Positions 27,745 through 40,483 are shown, numbered from the stretch's first letter. The stretch: DNA of 64,000 bases from Podarcis filfolensis (GCA_964270895.1 OZ185438.1); one strand, 5' to 3'. Translations and numbers: made by a program. The notes: generated by a model not told the origin, from the sequence alone.

Positions 27745-28034
27745 ATCAGAACTAAAATTACAAATACAACAACGGATTTATCAGACATGTCAAGGAAGAT
27801 ACTCAAAAGAGACTTTATGGATTGACCAGGAGACCACCTCACGAAGGGATAAATTATATGTTTCCTAACAACTTGATAAAATCTACAACACAAAAACAAA
27901 AAAGAGACCATTTCAAGTTCTAAATCATTGCAAGGACCCTGAAACAAAGGATGTGTCAGGAAAATGAAGGTAGTACTTTCTATTAGTTTTTCAACCTTCC
28001 AACAGTCACACTCCTGAGGCACTTCTAGCAGTAT

Positions 28035-28237
28035 AAGGTAAAGGGTAAAGAGGTAAAGGATCCTTGGATGGTTAAGTCCAGTCAAAGGTGACTCTGGGGT
28101 TGCGGCGCTCATCTCGCTTTCAGGCTGAGGGAGCCAGCGTTTGTCCACAGACAGCTTTCTGGGTCATTTGGCCAGCAGGACTAAACCGCTTCTGGTGCAA
28201 CAGAACACCGTGATGGAAACCAGAGCGCATGGAAACA
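28035..28237 (-). mobile_element. Sauria-type SINE, partial
   Basis: aaggtaaagg tail, gactctggggttgcggcgctcatctcgc and accagagcgcatggaaac match the other copies. Confidence 0.85.
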
Positions 28238-28247
28238 TATGAGTTTC

Positions 28248-28990
28248 TGTATAACAGACCCAGGGGATCACCAAACCCCTCTCACCTGGTTTGGAAGTCA
28301 ACTATGTATGTGATGTATGTCTTTGCACCTCTGAATTATAATACTCAGATGTGGCACTCCAGTCCTGAGTTATACCTCTCAGGTGTCAGAAACATGTTTT
28401 GTTGTAAGCAGAGTGACATGAGGCTATCCTGTTCTGTGCCTTTCTACTAAGGCAAAGGTCAAGCTGACCTGAAGGAACTTGGCAGCTTCCCTGCCTTCCT
28501 AATCGGCACAAATTCTGCTTGCTGTCCTGCTAGCTGCTGATAGTAGACCGTAAGCTAGAAACTGTCTTGGAGCAGAAATATTAGTGCTGTGAAAGCAATG
28601 TATGATCAGAAAGGCCTGCTTGCTGTGTTGACCCCAGTGGATCCCATGTCATGACACCTAGGTTACACAAGTAGACGGTATCCCCACAGCGTCTACTTCT
28701 CCTAGCTCAAATTCAGGTTTCCCGTAGTGTCTTGTCTGAATACACTGTCTTTCAGAGACTTCCTTCTCTGGCGTCAGATCCGTTCCTCAAAGTGGATGTT
28801 GCGCACACAGCTCAGGACAGGAGCCCTACTCCTGTCCAAGAACCCAGACTCTCTACTCTCTCTTCCCTCTAACTCTGTCTACTGCCTTTTCTCCCCCCCC
28901 CCCAAGTGCTGACTCCACCTGCCTCTGACTAGCTGTACCCACAGCCAGCCAGTCAGGAGGCTACCACTCAGCCCTCTGGTGGAATTATGC
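28248..28990 (-). mobile_element. Possible degenerate LTR fragment
   Basis: Inverted pair TGTATAAC (28248) / GTTACACA (to 28669) and LTR-like composition; no TSD found. Confidence 0.3.
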
Positions 28991-29002
28991 ATCACTGCAT
29001 CA

Positions 29003-29170
29003 CAGTGGCGTAGCGTGAGGGGTGCAGGGGGGGCCGGCCGCACCGGGCACAACATCTGGGGGTTAGGGTTAGGGGTTGCAAATCCACGGGTTAGGGGGTG
29101 CAAATCCACGGGTTAGGGGCGCAAATTACTTGCCTTGCCCCGGGTGCTGACAACCCACGCTACGCCACTG
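29003..29170. mobile_element. hAT-type MITE (168 bp) with TTAGGG-like internal repeats
   Basis: Perfect 15-bp TIR cagtggcgtagcgtg; perfect 8-bp TSD ctgcatca (28995-29002 / 29171-29178). Confidence 0.92.
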
Positions 29171-31179
29171 CTGCATCATCAAACTCTGGTCTTTCTGAGC
29201 TTTCAGTCACACCTCCCCAATGAACAATAGAAGGCAAAAGCATGGCATTTCTCTACGATCACACAATGTAAGTCTCTAAAAGTCTACAGCATAAAAATCT
29301 CTCTTTAACCAAAGATTTGGATTGCCACAGATCAAAGGAGAGCAGATTAGAAGGGGAAAATCAGAGACACAAATCTTTACTATTAACTTTCTTTTCCATG
29401 TTGACACAAAATAATTGTGAAACACCTGATATGTCTGAGATATATCAGGGAGGCAGAGGAGCCAATTCAGAGCCAATAATGAATGCAGCACACCCAATCC
29501 AAACTACTTAATGAATGATTTCCCGCTTCCAGATTAAGAGCAGTGCTAGCAATACATTTATGTGCAGCTCTAAGGAAGGACAGAGTTCCTTCCAAAGAAA
29601 ATTTAAGCTCATAGAATCAGATCCACATAAAATCTAGTTCACAACATTTGTAGTTTACACTTGTATGGCTCTTTGAAGAAATTTACCTCATTTTTCAAAG
29701 AAAAACCTAAGTGATCCTGCCTGCTTTGGCCTTTGCTCATTTGCCTGGCATAGTCCAACTGGTACAGCCATGAAAACAGATCCTGAGGTACTTGTGGGAG
29801 TCAACTTGCTTGAATCTGTGGCTATCCATGGTCCAAAAATACTTGAACAAACACCATAAGCTTTGTTTTCACACATTTAATAGTCAGCTAGTCTTTCCTA
29901 CAGTAATTGCAAGGCTCGCCTGAGCTGCTTCTTGAGATCCTCTAAGATATTTTCATTTGAGCAATTATTTATAGAGATGATGGAAGAATTCAATTTGTCA
30001 AATTCCTATATGAACTAGAGATGGAGTGAGCTCTTTTTAGCCCCATTGGTGCTCATAGGTAGAAATTTCTGTAGATTTTCCAAAAGGGAATATGATTTAC
30101 CACTAATCCCAAACTGTAGCATCATTCAATTTTTTTAATAAAATGTACTGTCATTCTTCCATTTGGAGGGTAGAATTTTGGTGCTTTTATGTGAATTCAG
30201 TTAAAAGAAGAAAAAAGGAAAGAGAATTCTAACTGTCAATTCAAAATGACAGATATACATAATAGAATACAAGCAAAATGAAATATTAATGTCTTGTTGC
30301 TTTTTTTTGCTTTTTTTTTGGTCAAAACAACATTAAGAGGACCTTAGCTTTGATACATCAGTGATGAAAAAGTCATGTTCTATTCTGATCTGAAAGAAAA
30401 AAGAAAACCCTTTGTAGGACACCTGGATTATGATTTTCTTATAATTATTTTGTATTCTTTATTCTGCCCTAACATACTTCTTGCAAACAGCAGTAAAACT
30501 CTTGCAACTTGAGTGACATTTAACGTCACCTGAGAAACTGAGCGAGTAAATCACAGGGAATTACAGGCATATACTATCAATTCTTTCATGTACTTTACTG
30601 AGCATTCCTTTTAAAAAAGGGAGTTCACAAAAAGGCTTTTCCTGTAGTCTGTCTCTAGCACCTGGCCTTCAGAGGCATCCTACTTGGGGGCTTCATCAGG
30701 GAAGCACTTACCATCAGTTTTGCATGGAGAACATCACAGGTGCGATTCCACGCATTTCCAAGTACAGCTGGGAAAGGACCTTCCTCCCAAACCTGCTGTT
30801 CAGTACTGAACTACATAGGCCAATCATTAAACTCTATCCATGTTACTGTCCTGTGTTCCTGTGTTCATTCATCCAGAATAACTAAGGGACAAAGCAGACA
30901 TGGCATTATTCATGCAATTAGTAATTCCATCGGTTTGCTTTTTTAAAAGTAAATAGTAACCACAAGGGTTATTATTCTGGATCAGAACAATGGTGTTAAA
31001 ATGTTGCACCTGCTGCAGTCTTAAATCATATCACTCCTCCACCCCATATACCTCACATGTTATTTGTATCTAGAGTGAGGTTTTCATTGGCATCAATGCA
31101 AATAGCAGTTGTGGGTGTGGGAAAGCTCTACCCCCATTCCACCATGTCAAAGTCTTAATTTGGATTAAGGCCTCTTTAG

Positions 31180-31184
31180 CTGCT

Positions 31185-31218
<34 letters not shown>
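31180..31218. repeat. (CA)n microsatellite
   Basis: Direct reading; start approximate. Confidence 0.9.
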
Positions 31219-31222
<4 letters not shown>

Positions 31223-31744
31223 CTGCTGATCACCACATCTTTTTAGTCTTAAGAACCAATGACTATCTTATCCTGTCCTATCCAATGATTAGTATAACCT
31301 TCTGGTGCTCAGTATTAGGGTTAATCCCCATAAAGGGGGAGATTTGGGGTGAACTCATTAGCTCCACCCACATTCACTGCTCCAGCTGCCCCCTGTAAAA
31401 TGCAGGGTATGTGGGAGATTTAACAGTCAAACCTATCAATACATGTTTATGCTTGTTAGTAAATGAAGGGGTGAAGGGGTTAAGGTCCACAGAGCTGTAA
31501 ATTGCTAGAGAAGGCTTGGGCAGGCCATGCCCCCTCACCTTTGGGGAAGGAGGGAGGGTTGTTACCTTTTAATTTCTATCTCTCTCTTTTCTTTGAACCA
31601 TGCAGCTGAGATCTGCAGATGAAGGGCAGTATATAAATTTAATAAATAACTAATTAAATAAAAAAATAAAAATGTAGCTGGCCAGATACAGACTACATGT
31701 TTGATAATTTCTGTATTTTATAACCAAATGAGTGCTTAATACTG

Positions 31745-33017
31745 AGATGATGATGATGATGATTAATTATTATTATTTATACCCCACCCATCTGGCTGGG
31801 TTTCCCCAGCCACTCTGGGCGGCTTCCAACAGAATATTAAAATACAATAGTCTATTAAACATTAAAAGCTTCCCTAAACAGGACTGCTTTCAGATGTCTT
31901 CTAAAAGTCTGATAGTTTATCTCTTTGACATCTGGTGGGAGGGCATTCCACAGGGTGGGTGCCACTACCAAGAAGGCCCTCTGCCTGGTTCCCTGTAACT
32001 TGGCTTCTTGTAGTGAGGGAACCACCAGAAGGCCCTCGGGGCTGGACCTCAGTGTCTGGGCAAAACGATGGGGGTGGAGACGCTCCTTCAGGTATACTGG
32101 ACCGAGGCCGTTTAGGGCTTTAAAGGTCAGCACCAACACTTTGAATTGTGCTCAGAAATGTACTGGGAGCCAGTGTAGGTCTTTGAAGACCGTTGTTATA
32201 TGGTCTCGCGGCCGCTCCCAGTCACCAGTCTAGCTGCCACATTCTAGATTAGTTGTAGTTTCCAGGTCATCTTCAAAGGTAGCCTCACACAGAGCGCATT
32301 GCAGTAGTCCAAGTGAGAGATAACTAGAGCATGCACCACTCTAGCGACACAGTCCACGGGCAGGTAGGGTCTCATGCGTACCAGATGGAGCTGATAAACA
32401 GCTGCCCTGGACACAGAATTGACCTGTGCCTCCACGGACAGCTGTGAGTTCAGAATGACTCCCAGGCTGCGGACCTGGTCCTTCAGGGGCACAGTTACCC
32501 CATTCAGGGCCAATGAGTCCCCCCCACCTGCCTGCCTCCTATCCCTCCAAAACAGTACTTCTGTCTTGTCAGGATTCAACCTTAATCTGTTAGCCTCCAT
32601 CCATCCTCCAACCGCCTCCAGCCACTGCCTTCACTGGTTCTGATTTGAAAGAGAGGTAGAGCTGGGTATCATCCACATGCTGATGAACACCCAGCCCAAA
32701 CCCCCTCTCCCAGCGGCTGCATGTAGATGTTGAAAAGCATGGGGGGGAGGACAGAACCCGGAGGCACCCCACAAGTGAGAGCCCAGGGGTCTGAACACTC
32801 ATCCCCCACCACCACTTTCTGAACATGGCCCAGGAGGAAGGAGCAGACCCACCGTATAACAGTGCCCCCAGCTCCCAGCCCTTCTAGACGGTCCAGAAGG
32901 ATGTTATGGTCAATGGTGTCAAAGACCGCTGAGAGATCCAGCAGAACTAGGAAACAGCTCTCACCTTTGTCCCTAGCCCGTTGGATATCATCGATCAGTG
33001 CAACCAAGGCAGTTTCT
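31745..33017 (-). pseudogene. 5'-truncated L2 LINE with disrupted RT ORF2
   Basis: LVLLDLSAVFDTIDH, GVPPGSVLPPMLFNIYM, VDDTQLYLSF, ANRLRLNPDKTEVL, HALVISHLDYCNAL, AFLVVAPTLWNALP; frameshifted; (aat)n(cat)n tail. Confidence 0.92.
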
Positions 33018-33018
33018 T

Positions 33019-33672
33019 AAAAAAATAATTTTTTATTAACCGACCAATCACATCAAATCAAACCAAATTACATAAATTCCAAATTACACAGCCGAATTTT
33101 AAATTTTTGTTGGGGGTACCCATATTTCAAATTCCGAAGGGGATCCAATCAACTTCTTGCTTCTTACTGCTGTTTTAATGTCCACAAATCTAACCTTATG
33201 ATGTTCACAGTACTATCCAGTCCTTTCTTATTGTTTTTCCACATCTCTTGTTGTTATTTTCATATATTTTTCCTTTCTCTTTGTGACCTCTGATAGTCTC
33301 CACAAGCTGGTTAGAACACTTTGTAATTCTGCATGGATATTATTATTTTTTATCCAGTAGCCATATCCAGATGTTTTCCATACAACATCACTTCCATACA
33401 TCAAAACAGTCTTAGCATCATTAATCTTCACCAATCTGCCTCCTTTCTCAAAACCTCTGAGGAGATTCACTAGGAATGCAGTCTGAAAACAAATCCGTTC
33501 TTCCTCCCGGCTATAAATTCTTTGGCAAGATGGCGACTCCGAATTAATTGCTGCGCCATTCCCAAAAGCTTCTCGATCTCCATAAAGCATACTTTTGGTT
33601 AAAGTTTATCTCCACACAGACCTTAATCATCCTGCTTGGGTCAGTTCAACCGACGATTCTAATGAGGAGGGG
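33019..33672 (-). mobile_element. Second copy of the ~650-bp L1-dependent non-autonomous retroposon
   Basis: Both ends shared with 19242-19897 (ccaatcacatcaaat, ttccaaattaca, ttatctccacacag); possible short TSD ttctt. Confidence 0.7.
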
Positions 33673-35284
33673 TTCTTGTAAATCACATAGAAGGAAAGTA
33701 AAAAAGGTCGTCCCCCCCATTCAGTCCCAACATACCCAGCCTTTGGTGTATCTTCATCGTAAAATATTCCTGTAAATATTCCTGTAAAATATGGTGTATC
33801 TTCATCGTAAAATATTCCATCAATGCCTCTGACTTAGATGGAACACAGGGATAGAGTTCTTCTGCTCTTTGGGATTTGGCAGGTTGGTATGGGAGGAAGT
33901 GATCCCTTAACTTTCCCAAACATCTGGGGGTTGAAAAGTAATTGCCAAGACTTTGAATTATGCCTAGAAGCAATTTGTTGATGAGTTCAGGCATGGCAGA
34001 ATAGGTGTAATATTGTCACAAGGAGGTGTGCCCCTTGCTGCAACATTCTGTGTGTTTCTTCAAAAGTTGTTCCATGTTTTAGATATTCCCTAATTTACTC
34101 TTTACAGTATTGCTATCATCTTCGTTACCTTTATTTGCAAAACAGACTGGACCTGTTATTCTGTAAGTCTTTAAAAAATCCATCCTTGTGCATCATCAGG
34201 ATTGAACTCTGTTATTAATTTGAGATGCTCCTGAATGAATTGAAATTCTACACAGGAATAAAACTAATTACATTGGACTTTGTCTGCAAATGCACTGCAA
34301 AATAGTTCTTTTTTTACCTCCTACATACCTAGTTCTTATTTTCTTTATAGTGAGGGGGGAAATGGGTATATCTTGCAATATTACCAATTAGAAATAACAG
34401 TTGCTGGAAAAGTATATATGTAAATCTAATCCCAGCAAGATTAAATTCTAGGTTGTAATTATAAATGACACATCCAAACTTTTAAACTTATTATCTTGCT
34501 TCTAATGTCTCTTCTTATACCTCTGACTAAAGCATTCCCCGACAGATACTGAAAGGATGTAGGTGGCAAGCCTTAAATCTTAGCAGCATCCCAAACTTGA
34601 GATGCATAAAAATGAGCACTCATAAAAATTACTGCCAACTAAGACTCCCCCTCAAACCCATCTCCTCTGGGAATAAGTGTGTCGTGATTTCAAATATTAC
34701 AACACAGCTCAGCTTTTTCTTTTACGGTAAGTTTATTCAGAGTGCTACAAACAGTGTGTGTGTGTGTGTGTGTGTGTGTGTTGGACAGTGAGAGGAAGGC
34801 ACTGGTCTGCTAACACCTCTGCAGTGGGGGGGAGAACAATAGTAAAAAAAAGAGAGAGAGAGATGCTTTATTCCTTCTCACTCCTGAATCTTAAAGTCCC
34901 TTCCCACTACTGATTTTCCCAAAGATATCTTAACAGACCAATGCCTTTCTCTCACTGTTTAATACATTGCCCCCAAAGCATATTCTCAAGTTTGCTCATA
35001 GGCCATCACCTGAATCACACACCAGCTTTTCTCTGAATTGGTGCCATCAGAAGAGGCTTTCTAGCATGTATCCTCAGGAGAAGCAAGACAGTGATTAAGA
35101 TGGCGTTGCATCACTTCTGGAATTCCCTCTCTAGAGAGACTTGCTTGGAGCCCACTATGCTACCTTTTCTGCAGCAAGTAAAACCCTTTATGATGTCCTC
35201 CTTTTAATGTTCTGAGCTTCTAAACTGTTTTTTCTGTTACTTATAATTGCTGCTTTTAAATGTCCTTAGATTTTAATGGGCCTT

Positions 35285-37364
35285 GGACTTCCGGGTTGAC
35301 GCCTCCGGCAATGGCGGAGCTCCTCCGATTGGGAGGAACTTGCTCCGTGAAAAGCAGGGTCTGACCGCCACGGCGAAGGCGGAGACCCACAGAAATCACA
35401 GGCGGGAGAAGCCTGTGAACTTGGGATTCGGCTGGCACCTCTTGCGCCTCCCCTACTCGTGGGGAAACCCTGTTTTGGGGATCCGGAGCAACGTGGGGTG
35501 AGTGGTGCGGTGCTTTGAATCGACTGCTTCTTTCACGGAGTGAAGCCGCATTGCTGTTGCCGGAGAGCGCTGACTTTTTCCTGTGGACAATTGGACTTTA
35601 AACAACTACCTGTGAGTAGACTGGAAAATTTGGATCTTCAAATATTCTAATTTGGCAAAGTAGCGGGAAGGCTCTAAACAGGAAGTCCGCCTCCCGTTTT
35701 TGTAAATAGATTGAAGCAAAGGCATTACAAACTAAAGTCTCTGAAAGTTTTTGGATAAAGGATTAAAATTCCACTGGTTAAAAATATCAATCCCCCCTTG
35801 GAAGCAGGAGAAGAGGGGGGAAGCCATGGACCTAGGGAGAACCTGCAGGAGAGAGGGAAAAGTAAACTACCACTGCTCTGAACCTGGGGACGGTCTGCCT
35901 GATGACGTTTGGGGAAGGTTCACTGACAGAACGGATTTGACAGATACTTAAAATTAGAAAGATACTGTTTCCAGTGATCTCTTCTGAGTTTATTAAAGGG
36001 TGAAAAATAACTGAAAATCGAAACTCTTTCTGTGACTGAAAGAACTGATACAATTTGAAACTGCTTCCCTCTAGAGGGAGCATGTGAAACTGTTACAGGA
36101 GTGTAACAGGGTAAACTCCAGCTGCAAGATAAAGTTTCTGAGAATCAGAGATTGACCTTGGACTATTCAAAATGCTGATAGGAGAAGGTATTGTGACTGC
36201 ATTATTCAAAATAAATCATTCACTTGAACAGCTGCACAAAAATGTAGATGACATGATCTTCAAACTTGACAGCCGGGAACAGAAAGTGACTAACTTGAAT
36301 CAAAAAGCAAGCAACAACATGGACTTGGTACAGGAAAATATCTTGGCAAGACAAATGGTGGAGGAAAAGGAGAAAGATGCCGTTGTGAAACTTAAAGTAA
36401 CTCAAGAAGGATCCTCAGTTCTACAGAGGCAAATCGAGGATTACAAATGGAGGCCCTGCATGATTGATTTTAGCAAAAACCAGAGCTTGAGGATGGGACC
36501 CTGGCTTGGACTGAAGAACGAAAGTTGGAAAGACCCCTTCATCCAGGGATTAACTGACATCTGGGACATGGGTTGGGGCCTGGAGGAGCTTGAAGCTGTG
36601 GGGGCCTATGGACTTGGAGGAATCCTGAAATGCGTTCTGAAATACCCTATGGACCTTAGTTTCAAGTATGGAAATTTGGCTGAGCTGTTCAGAAGGAACA
36701 AAAGTTCTGTTAGGTTGGAGTTTTCCTGAGATTTGCTCCTGAGCATCAAAGAATATGAAGAAGATCCGCAGAAGGGACTTGGAAAAGAATTAAGAGCCTC
36801 GGACATAAGATCTCCAGGTTGATGGAATATATGGATTTGACGGAAAGGACTGGCAGAATCCGAAACCAGGGAGAGGAGAGGGTGGAGGAAGATTGGGAAG
36901 CTAAAGCTTTATTTAGAAATTTTGCAAAATTAATGACTGTTAGAAAAATCGTGGAATGTTATTATATGGATTTAGTAGAAATGTTAGAAGAAGTTAAGAA
37001 TAGATAAGTAATTTAGTTTTAAAGGGAAATAAGGTTAAAAAATATGTTATTTACAAGACGATAAAAAACAGAGAAAGATGGAAAGGATTTGCTGAAATAA
37101 TTAGAAGAATGGGAATACAAAAAGGGAGATGTGAGGAAGTCGAGGAAACAAGGAAATGAAGGATAGAATATGGAAAAGGAGAGATGTATTTTAAACTGTT
37201 TTGTTTAGATTTATTTATGTGTTTAGCTTAATGGGATTGGGTTGGGGTTTATATTATTTGTATACTGTATTGTATTGTGGTGTTTTTTCATTTTTTCCCT
37301 CTTTCTTTTCTCTTTTCTTCTTTTTCTGTAATCTTTAAAAGCAATAAATATTATTTTAAAAAAA
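35285..37364 (+). mobile_element. Internally deleted L1 derivative (~2.08 kb): CpG-rich 5' UTR, ORF1-like remnant, ORF2 tail, 3' UTR
   Basis: Perfect 17-bp TSD agattttaatgggcctt (35268-35284 / 37365-37381); ggacttccgg start; heptad-rich ORF 36172-36729; MMEYMDLTERTGRIRNQGEERVEEDW resembles the ORF2 tail at 27295-27600; aataaa and A tail. Confidence 0.8.
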
Positions 37365-37530
37365 AGATTTTAATGGGCCTTATTGTGGTTATGTTATTGG
37401 CATTTTACTGTGCACTGCACTGGGAATCATTTAGCTGAAAAGTAATAGGCAAAAACAAAACTACATTTGCTTTGTTCTTAAAAATATAAGAACAGTGGAA
37501 GCTGTCTTATTCCAGGTCAGACTATAAATC

Positions 37531-37657
37531 AGTAACCCAGGTCCCTCAGGATGTTCCTGGCCTACAACTCCCATCATCTCTGACCACTGGCCACGCTGGC
37601 TGGGGTTAATGGGAGCGGGAGTCCAAGAGCACCTTGAGGACCACAGGTAAGCCCTGT
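37531..37657. mobile_element. Degenerate hAT-type MITE
   Basis: ctacaactcccatcatc core as in 62826-62961. Confidence 0.55.
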
Positions 37658-38251
37658 AGCATCTTCTCTGATTGGTAATGACTCCCCCGGGTCTCAGGCA
37701 GAGAAAAGTCTCCTAGATCACCTGCTTTCTGATTCACCTTCTTTTGGATCACACTGAACAGTGGAAAAAACTGCATTCACAAACACACACCTTTCAACTT
37801 TATAAAACAAAGTTTAAAATTTATAAAAGTATAAAAATTATAAAGTTGGTGAAATTTGTTGTATGTAACAAATGCGAAAAACATTTTGATTACAAATTGG
37901 TCTTCTTCAGTGGTCCAGTGTTATAACAATCACAATCTCATATATAAAATGTGCTCCTGCCTCTCGGCACTCTGTTGAATGGAATATAACAATGACATGG
38001 GATTAGTGGCACCTGTAATATAGATACATGGGGGGAAATGAAAAGTTTATAATTAAATGTGCAGTGGTTTAACTGAACCATTAAGTTATCCAACCTGGAA
38101 GGAGATGCCCTGGAGGCCACTGTAAAGTTGACAGGTACATGTTGATAACACTAGCAAATCTTCTGAATTGCAAGGTTATGTTTAAGAGGGGTTTTTTTTT
38201 AAGTTGTAGAATGCCTTATTTAGCATTTTCAGGATGATTACATATACTTGC

Positions 38252-38348
38252 CCTGAAGTCTTTCGTCATTGCTTGAAAAGTGTGCTTGTTAAACAGTTTC
38301 ATAATACCCTTTAAATTGTCAAGACTGGGGTATATGTGGGGAAACTGA
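38252..38348 (-). other. Candidate coding exon with GC-AG donor (97 nt)
   Basis: Acceptor ctctctgttccttcattcccttcag, donor AGG|gcaagt; only one frame open: QFPHIYPSLDNLKGIMKLFNKHTFQAMTKDFR. Confidence 0.4.
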
Positions 38349-39269
38349 CTGAAGGGAATGAAGGAACAGAGAGAGTTCTCTGCTCTCGGTACTTTACTTA
38401 GTAGTGTAACTAAAGACAAGAACAATTCTAAACTTTTCTTGTTCTTGCTAGGAGCACTTTGTCTTCTAAAGTATTTTATTAATGTATTATTTATAGACAT
38501 TTGCAAAGAGTGCTAAAATGGCTTGAGTTTTCTCAGATAGTGTGTCTTTCACAATTACGGCATGATCTCTTGAATACTGAGAAGTTTTTATGCATCCCAT
38601 TTCAACGTGTCACTTCATATTTTTCCAAATAAATGTGGCAAGTGATTTAAAACAACATGACACAATGCAGGAGGTCAGAACCACATGCCTCCTACCAGTT
38701 TTCATTCTGAGTGCACTTTGGGGTGATTAAATTTTCATTAACTTTCCGCCACAAGAAACAAAACAAAACGAGATTCACATGGCAAACAGAGGATTTACAC
38801 AAACTTTAAGGGGGAATATTTTTAGAAATACTAATATGTCAAAATATTTTAGATTCTTTTCGGCCATGAGCTGTCATGGTGCAAAAAAAGAGGGAAAGAA
38901 GTGTTTCCATTTAAAATTAAGCAAAGGAAATGCTATTGTGTCAAGTGAGATGGCCATTTCTAGGGTTTCTTTTTAATGTTTTACTTAAATAAGCACTAAT
39001 AACTGGTGGGATTTTGGTGGGTCTAAGACTCTGACAGCTTCCAGCAAATGCAAGAGAAACCTGAGTTATTGCTGCTGCCCTGCTCTCAGTATGTTTGTTT
39101 CCAAGCAGATGTTGTTTGATTTTGGTAAAATTGCAGCTGCTTTTAATATTAGCCATATGTACCTGGCTGTCCACCTGCTCCCCCATGCAGCCAGACATTA
39201 TAAATGCTTCCCCAGGTCTCCATTATTCTCTCCTCAGAAGACCTCTTTCCTCTGCCCCCACTCCAATAC

Positions 39270-39790
39270 TGTTCTAATTCTTGTTAAACATTCCTTATTA
39301 GCTGCTTTTATTACTTTTGCCAAAGTTTGCTCTAAGTTGGACATGGCTTCCATTTTCTAAAGGATGCCTTCTTGCGTCCAATTGCTTATTTGACCCTGCT
39401 CAGTAACTGTTCTGGCTTTGGTGGTACCTGTGATGCACATTCTAGTTGAGTTTTTATATTGAGCTTTTCAAACAACTCACAAGCATTTTGGAGAGATTTG
39501 ACATTTTTGAAGTCAATTTCCTTTACACCAGTCCTCTCACTTTTGGTACGTTTCCACTTTTGAACTCAAATGTGACTATGTTGGATTTTCTTAGCAGTTG
39601 TCCATGTACATATATATTGAATCTGATAGCACTGTGGGAGCTGTTCCCAATTGGTCCAGCAAACACTTACACCTTGCACCAGATCCTGGTTTCCACTCAA
39701 TATTAAGTCCAGGATTGCTGTCCCTTTGGTCAGTTCCATGACCAATTTTTCTAGGGCACAGCCATTGAGGGTATTTAGAAATTTCACCTC
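39270..39790 (-). pseudogene. CR1 LINE ORF2 endonuclease-region fragment
   Basis: FLNTLNGCALEKLVMELTKGTAILDLILSGNQDLVQGVSV is typical CR1 APE C-terminal region; frameshifts and stops. Confidence 0.8.
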
Positions 39791-39818
39791 TTTCTTGTGG
39801 CTAGTACACACATGTACT

Positions 39819-40081
39819 CAGGGGCGGAGGAAGGGGGGTGCAGTAGGTGCGGGTTGCCCTGGGTGTCACCAGGTGCTAGGAGAGACGCGGTGGCTTGGGT
39901 GCACACAGGCTCCGTGATGCCCAAACGGTCCACCCTCTGCCTCTCCCCCAGCTGTAGAGCGGCTGAGTGAGAGGAGGCAGGCAGACTCCAGAGTCCCTGT
40001 GGGGCGCCCCCTCCCTATGGGCAGTGCACCCCGCCCCCGGGCGTGCCGCCCCAAGTGCCTGAGTGGGTTCCTCTGCCTCTG
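39819..40081. mobile_element. hAT-type MITE (263 bp)
   Basis: TIRs caggggcggaggaa / ttcctctgcctctg; TSD catgtact / catgtatg (6 of 8). Confidence 0.7.
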
Positions 40082-40094
40082 CATGTATGTAGTC

Positions 40095-40464
40095 TGTTAT
40101 GTACTGAGTTGAATAGGATCCAAACTGCAGCAGTCTGATTGGTCCTAGAACAATAGGATCCAAAAGGCAGCAGTCTGATTGGTCCTAGAACAATAGGATT
40201 CAGAATGCAGCAGTCTGATTGGTCCTAGAACAATGCAGCAGTATGATTGGTTGGCAGGAACCACCCAATCATGCTCCAGATAGAAGTGAATCCACAACCT
40301 GATTGGCTTACAGTAGAATTCCGGAATTAGCCAATCATGTGCAGCCCATTGTGTAAATAATGTATATAAAGCAGATACTTTGAGGGGACATTCATTCATT
40401 CCTCCTCACCACTATGAGCTGAATAAAGAGCATGAAATCACTTTGCGACTCTGAGTATATTTCA
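40095..40464 (+). promoter_or_regulatory. 5' LTR with three ~40-bp ATTGG(CCAAT)-containing repeats, TATA box and polyA signal
   Basis: Repeat unit gcagcagtctgattggtcctagaacaat; TATATAAA 40363-40370; AATAAA 40422-40427. Confidence 0.9.
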
Positions 40465-40465
40465 C

Positions 40466-40483
40466 TGGCGACGAAGGTGGGAT
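40466..40483 (+). promoter_or_regulatory. Primer-binding site, tRNA-Ser(GCT)-type
   Basis: TGGCGACGAAGGTGGGAT one base after the LTR, complementary to the 3' end of vertebrate tRNA-Ser(GCT) as I recall it. Confidence 0.8.

Noticed and set aside
27760-27960. Penelope-like element fragment
   Set aside because: Only a vague resemblance with stops; no GIY-YIG or RT motif readable.
29687-29790. Minus-strand exon candidate DLFSWLYQLDYARQM...KNE
   Set aside because: Acceptable donor but poor polypyrimidine tract; support too thin; coordinates approximate.
31745-33672. Chimeric retrotranscript of the 650-bp element fused to L2
   Set aside because: No TSD bounds the pair, and a short ttctt duplication flanks the 650-bp element alone, favouring separate insertion.
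40112-40250. CRISPR-like short direct repeats
   Set aside because: Near-identical tandem units without unique spacers, inside a Gypsy LTR in eukaryotic DNA with no cas genes.
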